A stretch of DNA of 64,000 bases, from NCBI GenBank assembly GCA_016794165.1, contig JAEUKV010000043.1, positions 26 through 64,025 on the forward strand, read 5' to 3'. The stretch is from Rhodospirillaceae bacterium (lineage in GTDB: Bacteria; Pseudomonadota; Alphaproteobacteria; Dongiales; Dongiaceae). Under the pieces are notes generated by a model that was given only the letters and a program-made list of their open reading frames with translations, was not told the DNA's origin and made no database searches. Made by a program: the position numbers and the translations under genes. Of this stretch, positions 27,668 through 37,810 are shown piece by piece (the first letter of the stretch is position 1; each line of letters starts with the position of its first letter).

Positions 27668-30600
27668 ATGCGCGCCCTCATCAATGCCTGCATCGACAAC
27701 GCCCGCGTGGTCCTGGCCCTGCTGGCGATGCTGGTAATCGGCGGCTATGCCGCCTATCAGTCGCTGCCCAAGGAATCCTCGCCCGACGTCCAGATCCCGA
27801 TCGTCTATGTCAGCATGTCGCTGGAGGGGATTTCGCCGGACGACTCCGAGCGTCTTCTTGCACGTCCGATGGAGCAGCATCTGCGCGCCATCGAGGGGCT
27901 CAAGGAAATGCGCTCGATGACCTATCTGGGTGGGGCCAGCACGATCCTCGAGTTCCAGACGGGTTTCGACATCGACAAGGCGCTGGTCGATGTCCGCGAC
28001 AAGGTTGACCTCGCGCGCCCGGACCTGCCAGACAGTGCCGACGAGCCCACCGTGCACGAGGTTAATATCAGCCTCTTTCCGGTGATCGTGGTGACGCTTT
28101 CGGGCGATCTTCCCGAACGCACCCTGATGCGCCTTGCCGACCGGCTGAAGGACAAGATCGAAGGCATCGGCAATGTGCTGGAAGCGCGGCTTCAGGGCCA
28201 GCGCGAGGAACTGGTTGAGCTGGTGATCGATCCGCTGCGTTTCGAGAGCTACGGTCTGGTGGCCGACGATCTCGCTCAATTGGTCGGGCGTTCCAACCGC
28301 CTGGTGGCGGCGGGCACCCTCGATACCGGGCTCGGCCGCTTCGCGATCAAGGTCCCCGGCCTCTTTGAAACCGCCGAGGATATCCTCAACATGCCGGTCA
28401 AGGTGAGCGGCGACGCCGTCACCACGGTGCGCGACATAGCGACTCTGCGCCAGACCTACAAGGATGCCACTTCACTGGCACGTATCGACGGCCTGCCCGC
28501 GGTCGGCATCGAAGTTTCGAAACGCACCGGCACCAACCTCATCGACACGGTCGAGGAAGTGCGCCGCGTGGTGGCGCAGGAGCAGCAATCCTGGCCGGCC
28601 CACGTCAAGGTCACCTTCTCGCAGGACACGTCGAACGAGATCAGGCACATGCTGTCGGATCTGGAGAACAGCCTGATCCTGGCCGTCATCCTGGTCATGA
28701 TCGTGATCGTGGCGTCGCTCGGCCTGCGCGGCGGACTGATCGTCGGCTCGGCGGTGCCGGGCTCGTTTCTGATCGGCATCCTGGCACTGGCGGGATTCGG
28801 CATCACCATCAACATCGTCGTGCTGTTCAGCCTGATCATGGCCACCGGCATGCTGGTAGACGGCGCCATCATCCTGGTCGAATACGCCGACCGGCGCATG
28901 CTGGAGGGGATGGACCGGCGCCAGGCCTATGCCGAGGCCGCGCGCATGATGGCCTGGCCGATCTTTTCCTCGATCGCCACGATCATCGCCGCCTTCCTGC
29001 CGATGGCGTTCTGGCCGGGCGTGGTCGGTGGCTTCATGAAATACCTGCCGATGACCCTCACCGCGACGCTGCTCGCATCGCTTGCCATGGCGATGATCTT
29101 CATCCCCGTGATCGGCGCCCTCATCGGCAAGCCAAATGGCGCCGCCCTTTCCACCATCGAGGCAGAGAAGCTCTCGGCCGCCGAGCAACTGGCACGCGCC
29201 CGTGGCCTGGATCGGCTTTATCTCGGCTTCCTGCGCCGGGCGCTCAAGATCCCCGGCACCGTCATCGCCGGCGGTGTTGGTATCCTGATCGGCACGGTCA
29301 TGCTCTATGCGCTGGTGTTCCCGACGGGGATCGAGTTCTTCCCCGAGGTCGAGCCCGACAATGCCCAGCTACAGATCCATGCCCGCGGCAATCTTTCCGT
29401 CGACGAACGCGACAGATTGGTGCGCCAGGTCGAGGCGATTGCGCTTGAACTGCAGGCCGAGACTGCCGAATTCCGCAGCATTTATTCTGTCACCATCGGC
29501 GGCGATGGTGGCCAGAGCCTGGGCGAGGAAATGGCCGACGATGTCATCGGCTATGTCAATCTGGAGTTCACCGACTGGCAGGACCGGCGTCGCGCCGATG
29601 CGATCCTGGCCGATCTCGGGGAACGCAGCGCGGATTTGCCCGGCATCCATGTGGAAACACGCAAGCAGGAAGGTGGTCCGGGCGGCGGCAAGCCGATCCA
29701 TCTTGAAGTCGCGTCCCGGGACTATGCCCTGCTGGCACCGACGGCGCAGATGCTGCGCGCGAAACTGGAAAGCATGCCCGGCCTCGTCGCCATCGAGGAT
29801 TCGCTGCCGGTTCCCGGCATCGAGTGGAAGATCAATGTCGACCGCGCCCAGGCCGCGAAATTCGGTGCCGATGTCACCGCCATTGGCAATGCCGTGCAGC
29901 TGGTGACCCGCGGTCTCAAATTCGGTGACTACCGCCCGGATTGGGCCGATGACGAAATCGACATCGTGGCGCGGTTCCCGATCGAAACCCGCAATGTGAG
30001 CGAGATCGACCAGTTGCGGCTGCCGACCGCGCTTGGCGTTGTGCCGATCAGCAACTTCGTCGAGCGCGAGGCGGTACAGAAACTGGGCCTGGTGCGACGG
30101 GTCGATGGCGAGCGCGTCGTCAACGTCCGCGCCGACGTCGCCCCTGGCGTCCTCGCCGACGACCAGATCGATGAACTCCGCACCTGGCTGGCCGATGCCA
30201 CGCTGGATCCGGCGGTCACGGTGCAGATCCGCGGCCAGGATGAGGATCAGAAAGAGGCCCAGGCCTTTCTCGGCGCCGCCTTCGCCGTCACCCTGGCGCT
30301 GATCACCCTCATCTTGCTGCTGCAGTTCAACAGCTTCTTCTTCACCTTTCTGGTGCTGTCCTCGATCGTCATGTCCACCATCGGCGTCATGGTTGGCCTG
30401 ATGGTGATGGGCCAGCCCTTCGGCATCGTCATGAGCGGCATCGGCGTGATCGCGCTTGCTGGCATCATCGTCAACAACAACATCGTGCTGATCGACACCT
30501 ACAAGCACTTGCTTAGGACCAGCGCCGACCGGACCGAGGCCCTGCTGCTGACCGGGGTGCAGCGCCTGCGGCCGGTGATCCTGACCAAGCTCACCACCGT

Positions 30601-30853
30601 GCTCGGCCTCATCCCGATGATCTTCCAGGTCAATATCGACTTTGCCACCCGCGCCGTCACGCTGGGGGCGCCGGCCACGCAATGGTGGACCCAGCTCGCG
30701 ACCGCGATCGCCTTCGGCGTGCTGTTTGCCTCGCCCCTCACCCTGGTCTTCACCCCGGCCGCGCTGATGCTGCAAGGTCGCATCACTGACTGGCTAGCGG
30801 CGAAGGTCGGCCAGAGAGGTGGCGATGCGCGTGCCGGTCGTGAGCCAGCATAG
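27668..30853 (+). CDS. RND efflux permease (AcrB/AcrD/AcrF family)
   Basis: 1061 aa, PKESSPDV.IP, GMLVDGAII.VE, RLRPV, two TM blocks. Confidence 0.93.
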   Translation: MRALINACIDNARVVLALLAMLVIGGYAAYQSLPKESSPDVQIPIVYVSMSLEGISPDDSERLLARPMEQHLRAIEGLKEMRSMTYLGGASTILEFQTGFDIDKALVDVRDKVDLARPDLPDSADEPTVHEVNISLFPVIVVTLSGDLPERTLMRLADRLKDKIEGIGNVLEARLQGQREELVELVIDPLRFESYGLVADDLAQLVGRSNRLVAAGTLDTGLGRFAIKVPGLFETAEDILNMPVKVSGDAVTTVRDIATLRQTYKDATSLARIDGLPAVGIEVSKRTGTNLIDTVEEVRRVVAQEQQSWPAHVKVTFSQDTSNEIRHMLSDLENSLILAVILVMIVIVASLGLRGGLIVGSAVPGSFLIGILALAGFGITINIVVLFSLIMATGMLVDGAIILVEYADRRMLEGMDRRQAYAEAARMMAWPIFSSIATIIAAFLPMAFWPGVVGGFMKYLPMTLTATLLASLAMAMIFIPVIGALIGKPNGAALSTIEAEKLSAAEQLARARGLDRLYLGFLRRALKIPGTVIAGGVGILIGTVMLYALVFPTGIEFFPEVEPDNAQLQIHARGNLSVDERDRLVRQVEAIALELQAETAEFRSIYSVTIGGDGGQSLGEEMADDVIGYVNLEFTDWQDRRRADAILADLGERSADLPGIHVETRKQEGGPGGGKPIHLEVASRDYALLAPTAQMLRAKLESMPGLVAIEDSLPVPGIEWKINVDRAQAAKFGADVTAIGNAVQLVTRGLKFGDYRPDWADDEIDIVARFPIETRNVSEIDQLRLPTALGVVPISNFVEREAVQKLGLVRRVDGERVVNVRADVAPGVLADDQIDELRTWLADATLDPAVTVQIRGQDEDQKEAQAFLGAAFAVTLALITLILLLQFNSFFFTFLVLSSIVMSTIGVMVGLMVMGQPFGIVMSGIGVIALAGIIVNNNIVLIDTYKHLLRTSADRTEALLLTGVQRLRPVILTKLTTVLGLIPMIFQVNIDFATRAVTLGAPATQWWTQLATAIAFGVLFASPLTLVFTPAALMLQGRITDWLAAKVGQRGGDARAGREPA

Positions 30854-31399
30854 GGCACCGAAAATCCAGGCAAGCAGCGCAAAGCTGTTCGGGACCAACA
30901 GCATCACCACGAAAACCAGGATGGTTTCGGTGCCTTCGGTCAGGCCACCGATATAGGCGATTCCCTTCCTGGCCGTCGGGGTGTCGCCAACACCCCGCTT
31001 TGCCATGAAGATGGCATGGGCGAGGAAGCTCGTGCCGGTGCCGACAAAGCTGAGGACGAGGAAGGCGGCGGGCAGCGCGTCGACCGGGTCGCGAACGGCG
31101 AACGCGAAGACGAACAGCGCGTAGAACAGGAAATCGAGCACGATGTCGAGATAGGCGCCCCGCTCGGTCGGCCGGGTGAGGCGCGCCAGGGCGCCATCGA
31201 GCCCATCGCACAGCCGATTGCCGAAAAGCAGCAGCAGCGCCGGCATGAGCCAGTCGCCGGCGATGGCGGCGGCGCTGGCAAGCCCCAGCAGGAAACCGAG
31301 CCAGGTCACCTGATCGGCGCCAAGACCCCACGACCGCAGGGCGACAGCCGCCTTTTCAAGATGGGGATCGATGCGCCGGCGGACGGCGCGGTCGAGCAT
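30794..31399 (-). CDS. CDP-alcohol phosphatidyltransferase (YnjF-like)
   Basis: DGLDGALAR..T..GAYLDIVLD signature; GGLTEGTET. Confidence 0.88.
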   Translation of the reverse strand: MLDRAVRRRIDPHLEKAAVALRSWGLGADQVTWLGFLLGLASAAAIAGDWLMPALLLLFGNRLCDGLDGALARLTRPTERGAYLDIVLDFLFYALFVFAFAVRDPVDALPAAFLVLSFVGTGTSFLAHAIFMAKRGVGDTPTARKGIAYIGGLTEGTETILVFVVMLLVPNSFALLAWIFGALCWLTTGTRIATSLADLRR

Positions 31400-32190
31400 C
31401 AGTCCTGGTCCAATTCAGCGCTGGCATCCGCCGGCGCCGGCGCCGGGCGCTGCGTCTGCAGGCGGCGATGCGTCTGATAGGCGATCGGGATGGTGCAAAG
31501 ATAGGCGAGCAGCGTGAAGAACAATGTCGCCCAGGGGAGGCTCACCAGCAGAGCGGCATAGATCGCCACCGCGGTCATGGTCGGCAGCACCAGCGATTGC
31601 GAAATGCGCACCCGCTTGAACGAGAAGGTCGGCAGGCGGCTGACGGCGAGACCGGCGACAACGATCACGGCCAGACCGGCAAAAACCGGTTCGCGCAGGA
31701 ACGAGGCGCCGAATTCCAGCCAGGCGATCAACGGCATCAACACCAGCCCGGCGGCGGCCGGCGCCGGTACGCCGGTGAAGAAACGACTGTGCCAGGCCGG
31801 CAAATCGGCATTGTCCAGCTTGGTGTTGAAGCGCGCGAGGCGCAGCGCCATGGCGCCGCTGAAAGCCAGAACCAGGGCCCAGCCGACGCCCTTCACCTCC
31901 TGGGTGCTCCACAGGAAGACGATCATCGCCGGGGCGACACCGAAACTGACAAAATCGCTGAGGGAATCAAGCTCGGCGCCGAACTTGCTGGAGGAATCGA
32001 GCAGCCGCGCGATACGACCATCGAGCGTGTCGAACACGGCGGCGATGACGATGGCGATCACCGCATAGTCCCAGCGCTCCAGCAGCGCAAAACGGATACC
32101 GGTCAGCCCTGCGAACAACGCGCACAGGGTCAGCATGTTGGGAATCAGCCGGTTGATCGAGTGGTCGCGCAGCCGGTGTCGCCTGATCAT
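31399..32190 (-). CDS. pssA: CDP-diacylglycerol--serine O-phosphatidyltransferase
   Basis: IPNMLT, DTLDGRIAR...SSKFGAELDSLSDFVSFGVAP, RLARFN, FFTGVPAP. Confidence 0.95.
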   Translation of the reverse strand: MIRRHRLRDHSINRLIPNMLTLCALFAGLTGIRFALLERWDYAVIAIVIAAVFDTLDGRIARLLDSSSKFGAELDSLSDFVSFGVAPAMIVFLWSTQEVKGVGWALVLAFSGAMALRLARFNTKLDNADLPAWHSRFFTGVPAPAAAGLVLMPLIAWLEFGASFLREPVFAGLAVIVVAGLAVSRLPTFSFKRVRISQSLVLPTMTAVAIYAALLVSLPWATLFFTLLAYLCTIPIAYQTHRRLQTQRPAPAPADASAELDQD

Positions 32191-32220
32191 CCCGTTCTCC
32201 TTTACGGTAAAGCGGTCGTC

Positions 32221-32907
32221 CTAGCGCATCTCGCCGAGACGCGCGGCTTCGTCCGAGCGCAGATCCGCCAGCACGGTTTCGCCGGCGATCGCGGTCTGCC
32301 CGACACTGACCAGCGGCTGCACCCCGTCCGGCAGGTAGACATCAACCCGGCTGCCGAACCGGATGAGGCCGAAACGCTCGCCGGCATTGAGCCGCTGCCC
32401 GACCCGGGTCCAGCAGATGATGCGCCGCGCGACCAGCCCGGCAATCTGTACCGTGCAAATATCCTGCCCATCGACCGTCCTGAGATGCAAGGATTGGCGT
32501 TCGTTCTCGTCGCTTGCCTTGTCGAGGGCGGCGTTGAGAAACTTGCCCGGACGATAGGCGCTCGCCACCACCTCGGCATCCACCGGCGAGCGGTTCACAT
32601 GGACGTTGAAGACGTTCATGAAGACGCTGATGCGGGTGCGCGGCCGCTGGTCGAGGCCGAGTTCCGCCGGCGGGACGGCGGGCTGGATCATCTGCACCAC
32701 GCCGTCCGCCGGGCTGATGATCAGTCCGGCCCGATTCGGCGTGATGCGATCAGGGTCACGAAAGAAATACGCACACCATAACGTGAGTATCGCGCCAGCC
32801 AAACCCAGCGGCAACCACAGCCACCACAGAAAGACCGTGACGGCGGCGAAGATGCCAATGAACGGCCAGCCAGCACGGTGAATTGGGCAGAGGACCTTGG
32901 GAGTCAA
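32221..32907 (-). CDS. psd: Phosphatidylserine decarboxylase proenzyme
   Basis: [48 protein letters not shown] cleavage site. Confidence 0.95.
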   Translation of the reverse strand: MTPKVLCPIHRAGWPFIGIFAAVTVFLWWLWLPLGLAGAILTLWCAYFFRDPDRITPNRAGLIISPADGVVQMIQPAVPPAELGLDQRPRTRISVFMNVFNVHVNRSPVDAEVVASAYRPGKFLNAALDKASDENERQSLHLRTVDGQDICTVQIAGLVARRIICWTRVGQRLNAGERFGLIRFGSRVDVYLPDGVQPLVSVGQTAIAGETVLADLRSDEAARLGEMR

Positions 32908-33069
32908 CGCATTCTCTCACTTCAGTTCAGGCAAATGAGCGGGTTCTGCCCCGCGCAGGCACTTAACGTCCTGACTTGCCATAGAACGACCACCACGTCA
33001 CGGGTGAAATCGTCACCCTTCCTGATGATCCTGCGAACAAAGATGAATTTTGCGTGGCGAACGCGCAGC

Positions 33070-33084
33070 TTTACAAATCGTTAA
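33070..33084. promoter_or_regulatory. CtrA-like box (one mismatch)
   Basis: TTTA-CAAATCG-TTAA in the AT-rich psd/hypothetical intergenic region. Confidence 0.35.
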
Positions 33085-33144
33085 GTCTAGAGCCATTAGC
33101 ATCTAGGCGCGCCATGCCGTCGGCGCAAGAAGGGGCGACCGACC

Positions 33145-33600
33145 GTGACCATGGATATGTTAGCCAGGAAGATGCTGCCGTCCGAGATGGACCATCTCCG
33201 GCTTGATCAGGACGGCAAGCTGCGCCTGGGCCGCAGTGGTGGATTGGTGGAATTCACCTTTTACTACATGGACGTGCCCTTCAGCGCCGTCACCCGCCAG
33301 ATCCAGTCGGGCCCGATCGTTCAGATTTCCGGCGAGATTGCGCCACTCCCCTATTCGGCCGAGGGCACCTCGATCCGGCGCGCGACCATCGCGATTATCG
33401 ATGCCAGCCAGGACCTCGCCCATACCCGGCTGGCGGTCAGCAAACAGAAGACAATCCTGTGTGTCGGCAAGGCGCCCATCAGCGAACCCTGGGCGCCAGT
33501 CGACCTGATCGCCGCCGCCGCCAGCGTCATCATCGAGATCCGGCCCTATCTGCAGATGCTGGCCGAGGTCCTCCCGGCCTGGCCCAAGCCGCGCGGCTGA
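33145..33600 (+). CDS. Hypothetical protein
   Basis: About 150 aa, plausible composition, fills the gap between psd and the LysM gene; start 33145 or 33151. Confidence 0.7.
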   Translation: MTMDMLARKMLPSEMDHLRLDQDGKLRLGRSGGLVEFTFYYMDVPFSAVTRQIQSGPIVQISGEIAPLPYSAEGTSIRRATIAIIDASQDLAHTRLAVSKQKTILCVGKAPISEPWAPVDLIAAAASVIIEIRPYLQMLAEVLPAWPKPRG

Positions 33601-33607
33601 CGCCGCC

Positions 33608-34732
33608 CTACTGCGCCGGCAATTCGAACACCTGCCCGGGATAGATCAGGTCCGGGTCGCGGATGCGATCCTTGTTCGCTTCATAGATGACGCTGTATTG
33701 CAGGCCGTCGCCATAGGTGCGGCGGGCGAGGCGCCAAAGCGAATTGCCCGGCTGCACGATGACCTGGTTGCCATCCAGCGACAAGCTGGCGAAATCGGGC
33801 TGTTCGATTGGCTGGACGATGCGGGCCACGACCTTGCCCTCGGCATCGAGTTGGTCGATGCGCAGTTCGTGCGAACCGACCGGCAGGTCACGCGGCGGGG
33901 TGAAATCCCAGCGACCCTGCGGATCGACAGTCACCGACCCCAGCAAATCGTTGTTGAGATAGATGGCGATCCTGCTATCGGCCGGCGCCCGTCCGGCAAA
34001 CGCCATCCGGCCGGCCTGATCGAAATCGACCACATCGAGGGTCGGCTCGCTGGCTGGCCCGGCGCTCGCCTGCCCGCCGGTGGCGCCAGGCAGATTGAGC
34101 ACCTCGCTCGCCCCCACCCCGTCCTGCGGCACCGAGAGAGCGAGAACCCCAGCCGGCTCGGTCACCGTGCCGCCGGCGATGTCCTTGGCCGGCTCCGGCA
34201 CCATCACGATCACCATCCGCTCGGATTGCAGCGGCTCCCCACCGTCGCGCAGCATCTGAAGGGTGAACTTGTGCTGGCCCGGCGCTATGGCGCGATTGGG
34301 CAGCAGCACCCACTCGCCGCGATCATCGGTTTCTGCCTCGCCGATCGGCTCGCCGTCGTCAAGCAGTATCACCGTGGCACCCGGCGTCGCCCGGCCCGCG
34401 ATCACGGCGTCGCCATTGGGATTGACCCGCACCACATCGAAGCTTGGCGGGATCAGCATCGGCTCGGCAGCCGCCACCTCGGTCGCCGCCGGATTGGCGA
34501 CGTCACCGGATTCCTCGGCCTGATCCGACGGCGCGACGGCAGGCGCCGCGGCGGACGGGGTTTCGGTCGCGGCGCCATCCACCGCAGCGGCGGTTTCGGA
34601 CGTCGACTCGGTGGCAACATCGGCCGCGTCCAAGGCGTCATCGTCCTCCTGCCGACCGATGGCATAGATCAGGCCTGCGGCCAGAATGATCACCGCCGCG
34701 CCGGTAACCCCGATCAACGCCAGTCTCGACAT
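33608..34732 (-). CDS. Membrane-anchored LysM peptidoglycan-binding protein with Ig-like repeats
   Basis: N-terminal TM, PSFDVVRV.P.G..VIAGRA, C-terminal VIVQPGNSLWRLARRTYG.G..Y..IYEAN...I.DPDLIYPGQ. Confidence 0.9.
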   Translation of the reverse strand: MSRLALIGVTGAAVIILAAGLIYAIGRQEDDDALDAADVATESTSETAAAVDGAATETPSAAAPAVAPSDQAEESGDVANPAATEVAAAEPMLIPPSFDVVRVNPNGDAVIAGRATPGATVILLDDGEPIGEAETDDRGEWVLLPNRAIAPGQHKFTLQMLRDGGEPLQSERMVIVMVPEPAKDIAGGTVTEPAGVLALSVPQDGVGASEVLNLPGATGGQASAGPASEPTLDVVDFDQAGRMAFAGRAPADSRIAIYLNNDLLGSVTVDPQGRWDFTPPRDLPVGSHELRIDQLDAEGKVVARIVQPIEQPDFASLSLDGNQVIVQPGNSLWRLARRTYGDGLQYSVIYEANKDRIRDPDLIYPGQVFELPAQ

Positions 34733-34887
34733 GCGACTACCCCATTTCCAAAGGGCCTGGCACGGGTGCCGGCCGCACTCCCCGGGCGCAATCTTGGGGC
34801 GCCATCACCCACCCCGATCAGGAGCCTCGGTTCCGCATTGATTCCCAAGCGGGCCACGTCACAAGGCTAAACCCCGCCGACGCCAGA

Positions 34888-34935
34888 GGCAATCACCGCG
34901 GCAATCACTGCGGCAATCACTGCGGGAATCCCGGC
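34888..34935. repeat. 12-bp tandem repeat, three copies plus one degenerate
   Basis: GGCAATCACCGC, GGCAATCACTGC, GGCAATCACTGC, GGGAATCCCGGC. Confidence 0.85.
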
Positions 34936-35161
34936 CGGGTCGTCATTGACTGGCCCCGGCCGGCCGCGGTGGGGTACCGCATCGTCATTGAACTGCCACC
35001 GAAGCTGGCTCATATTGTGTGGCGATGATCACGTCCTGCTTGTCCCCGGCCCGACTTCCCTGGGCCCTTCTTCGCCACCGCCGAGACCTGTCCCCTGCCA
35101 TGCCTGTTCATGGTGGAGTTTCGCCCGTCCGGCCGTCGCCATCATGGAGCACCACATCGGA

Positions 35162-35746
35162 ATGACCCCGATCTCATCACTTTGCGTCTATTGCGGGTCG
35201 TCCCGCGGATCGAACCCGGCCTTCGCAGCCCTTGCCACCGAGCTGGGCCGCGAGATGGCCGCGCGCGGCGTTCGCCTGATCTATGGTGGCGGCCGGGTCG
35301 GCCTCATGGGCATCTGTGCCGATGCGGTAATGGCGGGGGGCGGCGAGGTCATCGGCGTCATCCCGCAGCATCTGCAGGACCGCGAAGTCGGCCATACCGG
35401 ACTCACCGAATTGAAGGTGGTCGACAACATGCATACCCGCAAGCGCATGATGTTCGACTACTCTGACGCCTTTTGTGTCCTGCCGGGCGGGCTCGGTACC
35501 CTCGAGGAACTGTTCGAGGTGGTGACCTGGCGCCAGCTCGGCATTCACGACAAGCCGATCATCGTCCTCAATGCCGATGGCTACTGGGACCGATTGGTCG
35601 CGATGATCGACGGCATCATCGAAGACGGGTTTGCGCAACCCGCCGTGCGCCAGTTTTTCTCGGTCGCCAATTCCGTCGGCCGCCTGTTCGATCTGCTGGC
35701 CTCGCCGCCCGATACCCAGGAGCGCGATTATCCCGAGCGTTTGTAA
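35162..35746 (+). CDS. LOG family (TIGR00730) phosphoribohydrolase
   Basis: CVYCGSSRG, YGGGRVGLMG, MHTRK, LPGGLGTLEE; start 35144 or 35162. Confidence 0.92.
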   Translation: MTPISSLCVYCGSSRGSNPAFAALATELGREMAARGVRLIYGGGRVGLMGICADAVMAGGGEVIGVIPQHLQDREVGHTGLTELKVVDNMHTRKRMMFDYSDAFCVLPGGLGTLEELFEVVTWRQLGIHDKPIIVLNADGYWDRLVAMIDGIIEDGFAQPAVRQFFSVANSVGRLFDLLASPPDTQERDYPERL

Positions 35747-35963
35747 GGACGCCTCCGGCCGCATCGACAAGTCTCCGCGATCGGCACCAGGAGATAGAAA
35801 CAAAACAGCAACCAAGACCATTCTATCGATCTGATATTGCCTGACATTTGAGCTGCCAAATTCCTTCAAATCCGAACGTGCAGCCACTAGACTGCGGTCG
35901 ATTTCGCATCATTCTCGGCGGGCGCGTCCCGCTAGCCTGTCTATTCAGAAGGGATTCCGCTGC

Positions 35964-37178
35964 ATGGCCAAGATCAAGGTGAAGACCCCGGTCGTCGAGC
36001 TCGACGGCGATGAAATGACCCGAATCATCTGGGCGTTCATCAAGAACAAGCTGATCCTGCCCTATCTCGATATCGACCTGAAATACTACGATCTTGGCGT
36101 GGAAAGCCGCGACCAGACCGGTGACCAGATCACCATCGATGCCGCCAATGCGATCAAGAAATATGGCGTCGGCGTCAAATGTGCGACCATCACGCCGGAT
36201 GAAGGCCGGGTGAAGGAATTCAACCTCAAGTCAATGTGGCGCTCCCCCAACGGCACCATCCGCAACATCCTCGACGGCACCGTGTTCCGCCAGCCGATCA
36301 TCTGCAAGAACGTGCCACGCCTCGTGCCGGGCTGGACCCAGCCCATCGTCATTGGCCGTCATGCCTTCGGCGATCAGTATCGCGCCACCGATTTCATCGT
36401 GCCGGGCAAGGGCCGGCTCACCATGACCTTCGTGCCGGAAGACGGCAGCGCGCCCATCGAGAAGGAGATCTTCAAGTTCCCCGGCGCCGGCGTCGCCATG
36501 GGCATGTACAACCTTGATGATTCGATCCGCGGTTTTGCCCGCGCCTGCTTCAATTACGGCCTGATGCTCGGCTGGCCGGTCTATCTCTCCACCAAGAACA
36601 CGATCCTCAAGATCTATGACGGCCGCTTCATGGACATTTTCCAGGAAGTCTATGACCAGGAATTCGCCGACCAGTTCAAGGCGAAGAACATCCGCTATGA
36701 ACACCGTCTGATCGACGACATGGTGGCCTCCGCCCTCAAATGGTCGGGCGGTTTCGTCTGGGCCTGCAAAAATTATGACGGCGACGTGCAGTCCGATACC
36801 GTGGCCCAGGGCTTCGGCTCGCTGGGCCTCATGACTTCGGTGCTGCTCTCGCCGGACGGCAAGACGGTGGAGGCGGAGGCCGCCCACGGCACGGTGACGC
36901 GTCACTACCGCGAGCACCAGAAGGGCAAGGAAACCTCGACCAACCCCATCGCCTCGATCTATGCCTGGACCCGGGGCCTCTGGTATCGCGGCAAGTTCGA
37001 CGGCACGCCCGAGGTGCAAAAATTCGCCGAGAATCTGGAGAAGGTCTGTGTCGATACCGTGGAATCCGGCTTCATGACCAAGGATCTGGCGCTCCTCATC
37101 AGTCCCGACCAGAAATGGCTGACGACCACCCAGTTCCTCGACAAGCTCGACGAAAACCTCAAGAAAACGATGGGTTGA
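35964..37178 (+). CDS. icd: NADP-dependent isocitrate dehydrogenase
   Basis: [50 protein letters not shown]. Confidence 0.98.
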   Translation: MAKIKVKTPVVELDGDEMTRIIWAFIKNKLILPYLDIDLKYYDLGVESRDQTGDQITIDAANAIKKYGVGVKCATITPDEGRVKEFNLKSMWRSPNGTIRNILDGTVFRQPIICKNVPRLVPGWTQPIVIGRHAFGDQYRATDFIVPGKGRLTMTFVPEDGSAPIEKEIFKFPGAGVAMGMYNLDDSIRGFARACFNYGLMLGWPVYLSTKNTILKIYDGRFMDIFQEVYDQEFADQFKAKNIRYEHRLIDDMVASALKWSGGFVWACKNYDGDVQSDTVAQGFGSLGLMTSVLLSPDGKTVEAEAAHGTVTRHYREHQKGKETSTNPIASIYAWTRGLWYRGKFDGTPEVQKFAENLEKVCVDTVESGFMTKDLALLISPDQKWLTTTQFLDKLDENLKKTMG

Positions 37179-37183
37179 TCATC

Positions 37184-37723
37184 ATGCTGAATCGATTGCT
37201 CCTGGCGCTGGTTCTGTTCCTGGGCGCCAGCGCGCCGAGCCTTGCCGCCGATCCGGAGAACACACTCTTCCTCGACCTCAAGGACGGTCGCGTGGTGATC
37301 GAGCTGCTGCCCGACGTGGCGCCGCAGACCGTGGCCCGGATGAAAGAACTGGCACGCCAGGGCTTTTTCGACGGCACGCCGATTCACCGGGTCATCCCGG
37401 GCTTCATGGCGCAGATGGGCGACCCCACCGGCACTGGCATGGGTGGCTCGGGCCAGAGCCTGCCGGCCGAATTCAGCAACATGAAGCATGTGCGCGGCAC
37501 TGTTTCGATGGCCCGGGCGAACGATCCCAATAGCGCCGACAGCCAGTTTTTCATCTGCTTCGGCGACGCGTCGTTCCTGGATGGCAAATACACCATCTTC
37601 GGCCAGGTGATCGACGGCATGCATTTCGTCGACCGGATCACGCCTGGCTCGGAAGCCAATAACGGGGCGGTCGCCAACCCGGACAAGATCGTCAAGGTCC
37701 AGGTCGCCGCCGACGCGAACTAG
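37184..37723 (+). CDS. Cyclophilin-type peptidyl-prolyl isomerase, exported
   Basis: Signal peptide; HRVIPGFMAQ.GDPTG, SMARA.DPNSADSQFFI, YTIFGQV. Confidence 0.92.
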   Translation: MLNRLLLALVLFLGASAPSLAADPENTLFLDLKDGRVVIELLPDVAPQTVARMKELARQGFFDGTPIHRVIPGFMAQMGDPTGTGMGGSGQSLPAEFSNMKHVRGTVSMARANDPNSADSQFFICFGDASFLDGKYTIFGQVIDGMHFVDRITPGSEANNGAVANPDKIVKVQVAADAN

Positions 37724-37743
37724 GCACGGACAGCCAACGTCAG

Positions 37744-37781
37744 ACGGGCGATGCCGGGAGCCTTCCTGGCATCGCCCGTTT
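37744..37781. terminator. Hairpin between convergent PPIase and prsW-like genes
   Basis: 16-bp stem ACGGGCGATGCCGGGA / TCCTGGCATCGCCCGT (one G-U), 4-nt loop. Confidence 0.75.
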
Positions 37782-37810
37782 CCATTCCAGGGGACAGCTG
37801 GCAATGCCGG

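Noticed and set aside
34888-34935. CRISPR array
   Set aside because: 12-bp units with no spacers and no cas genes
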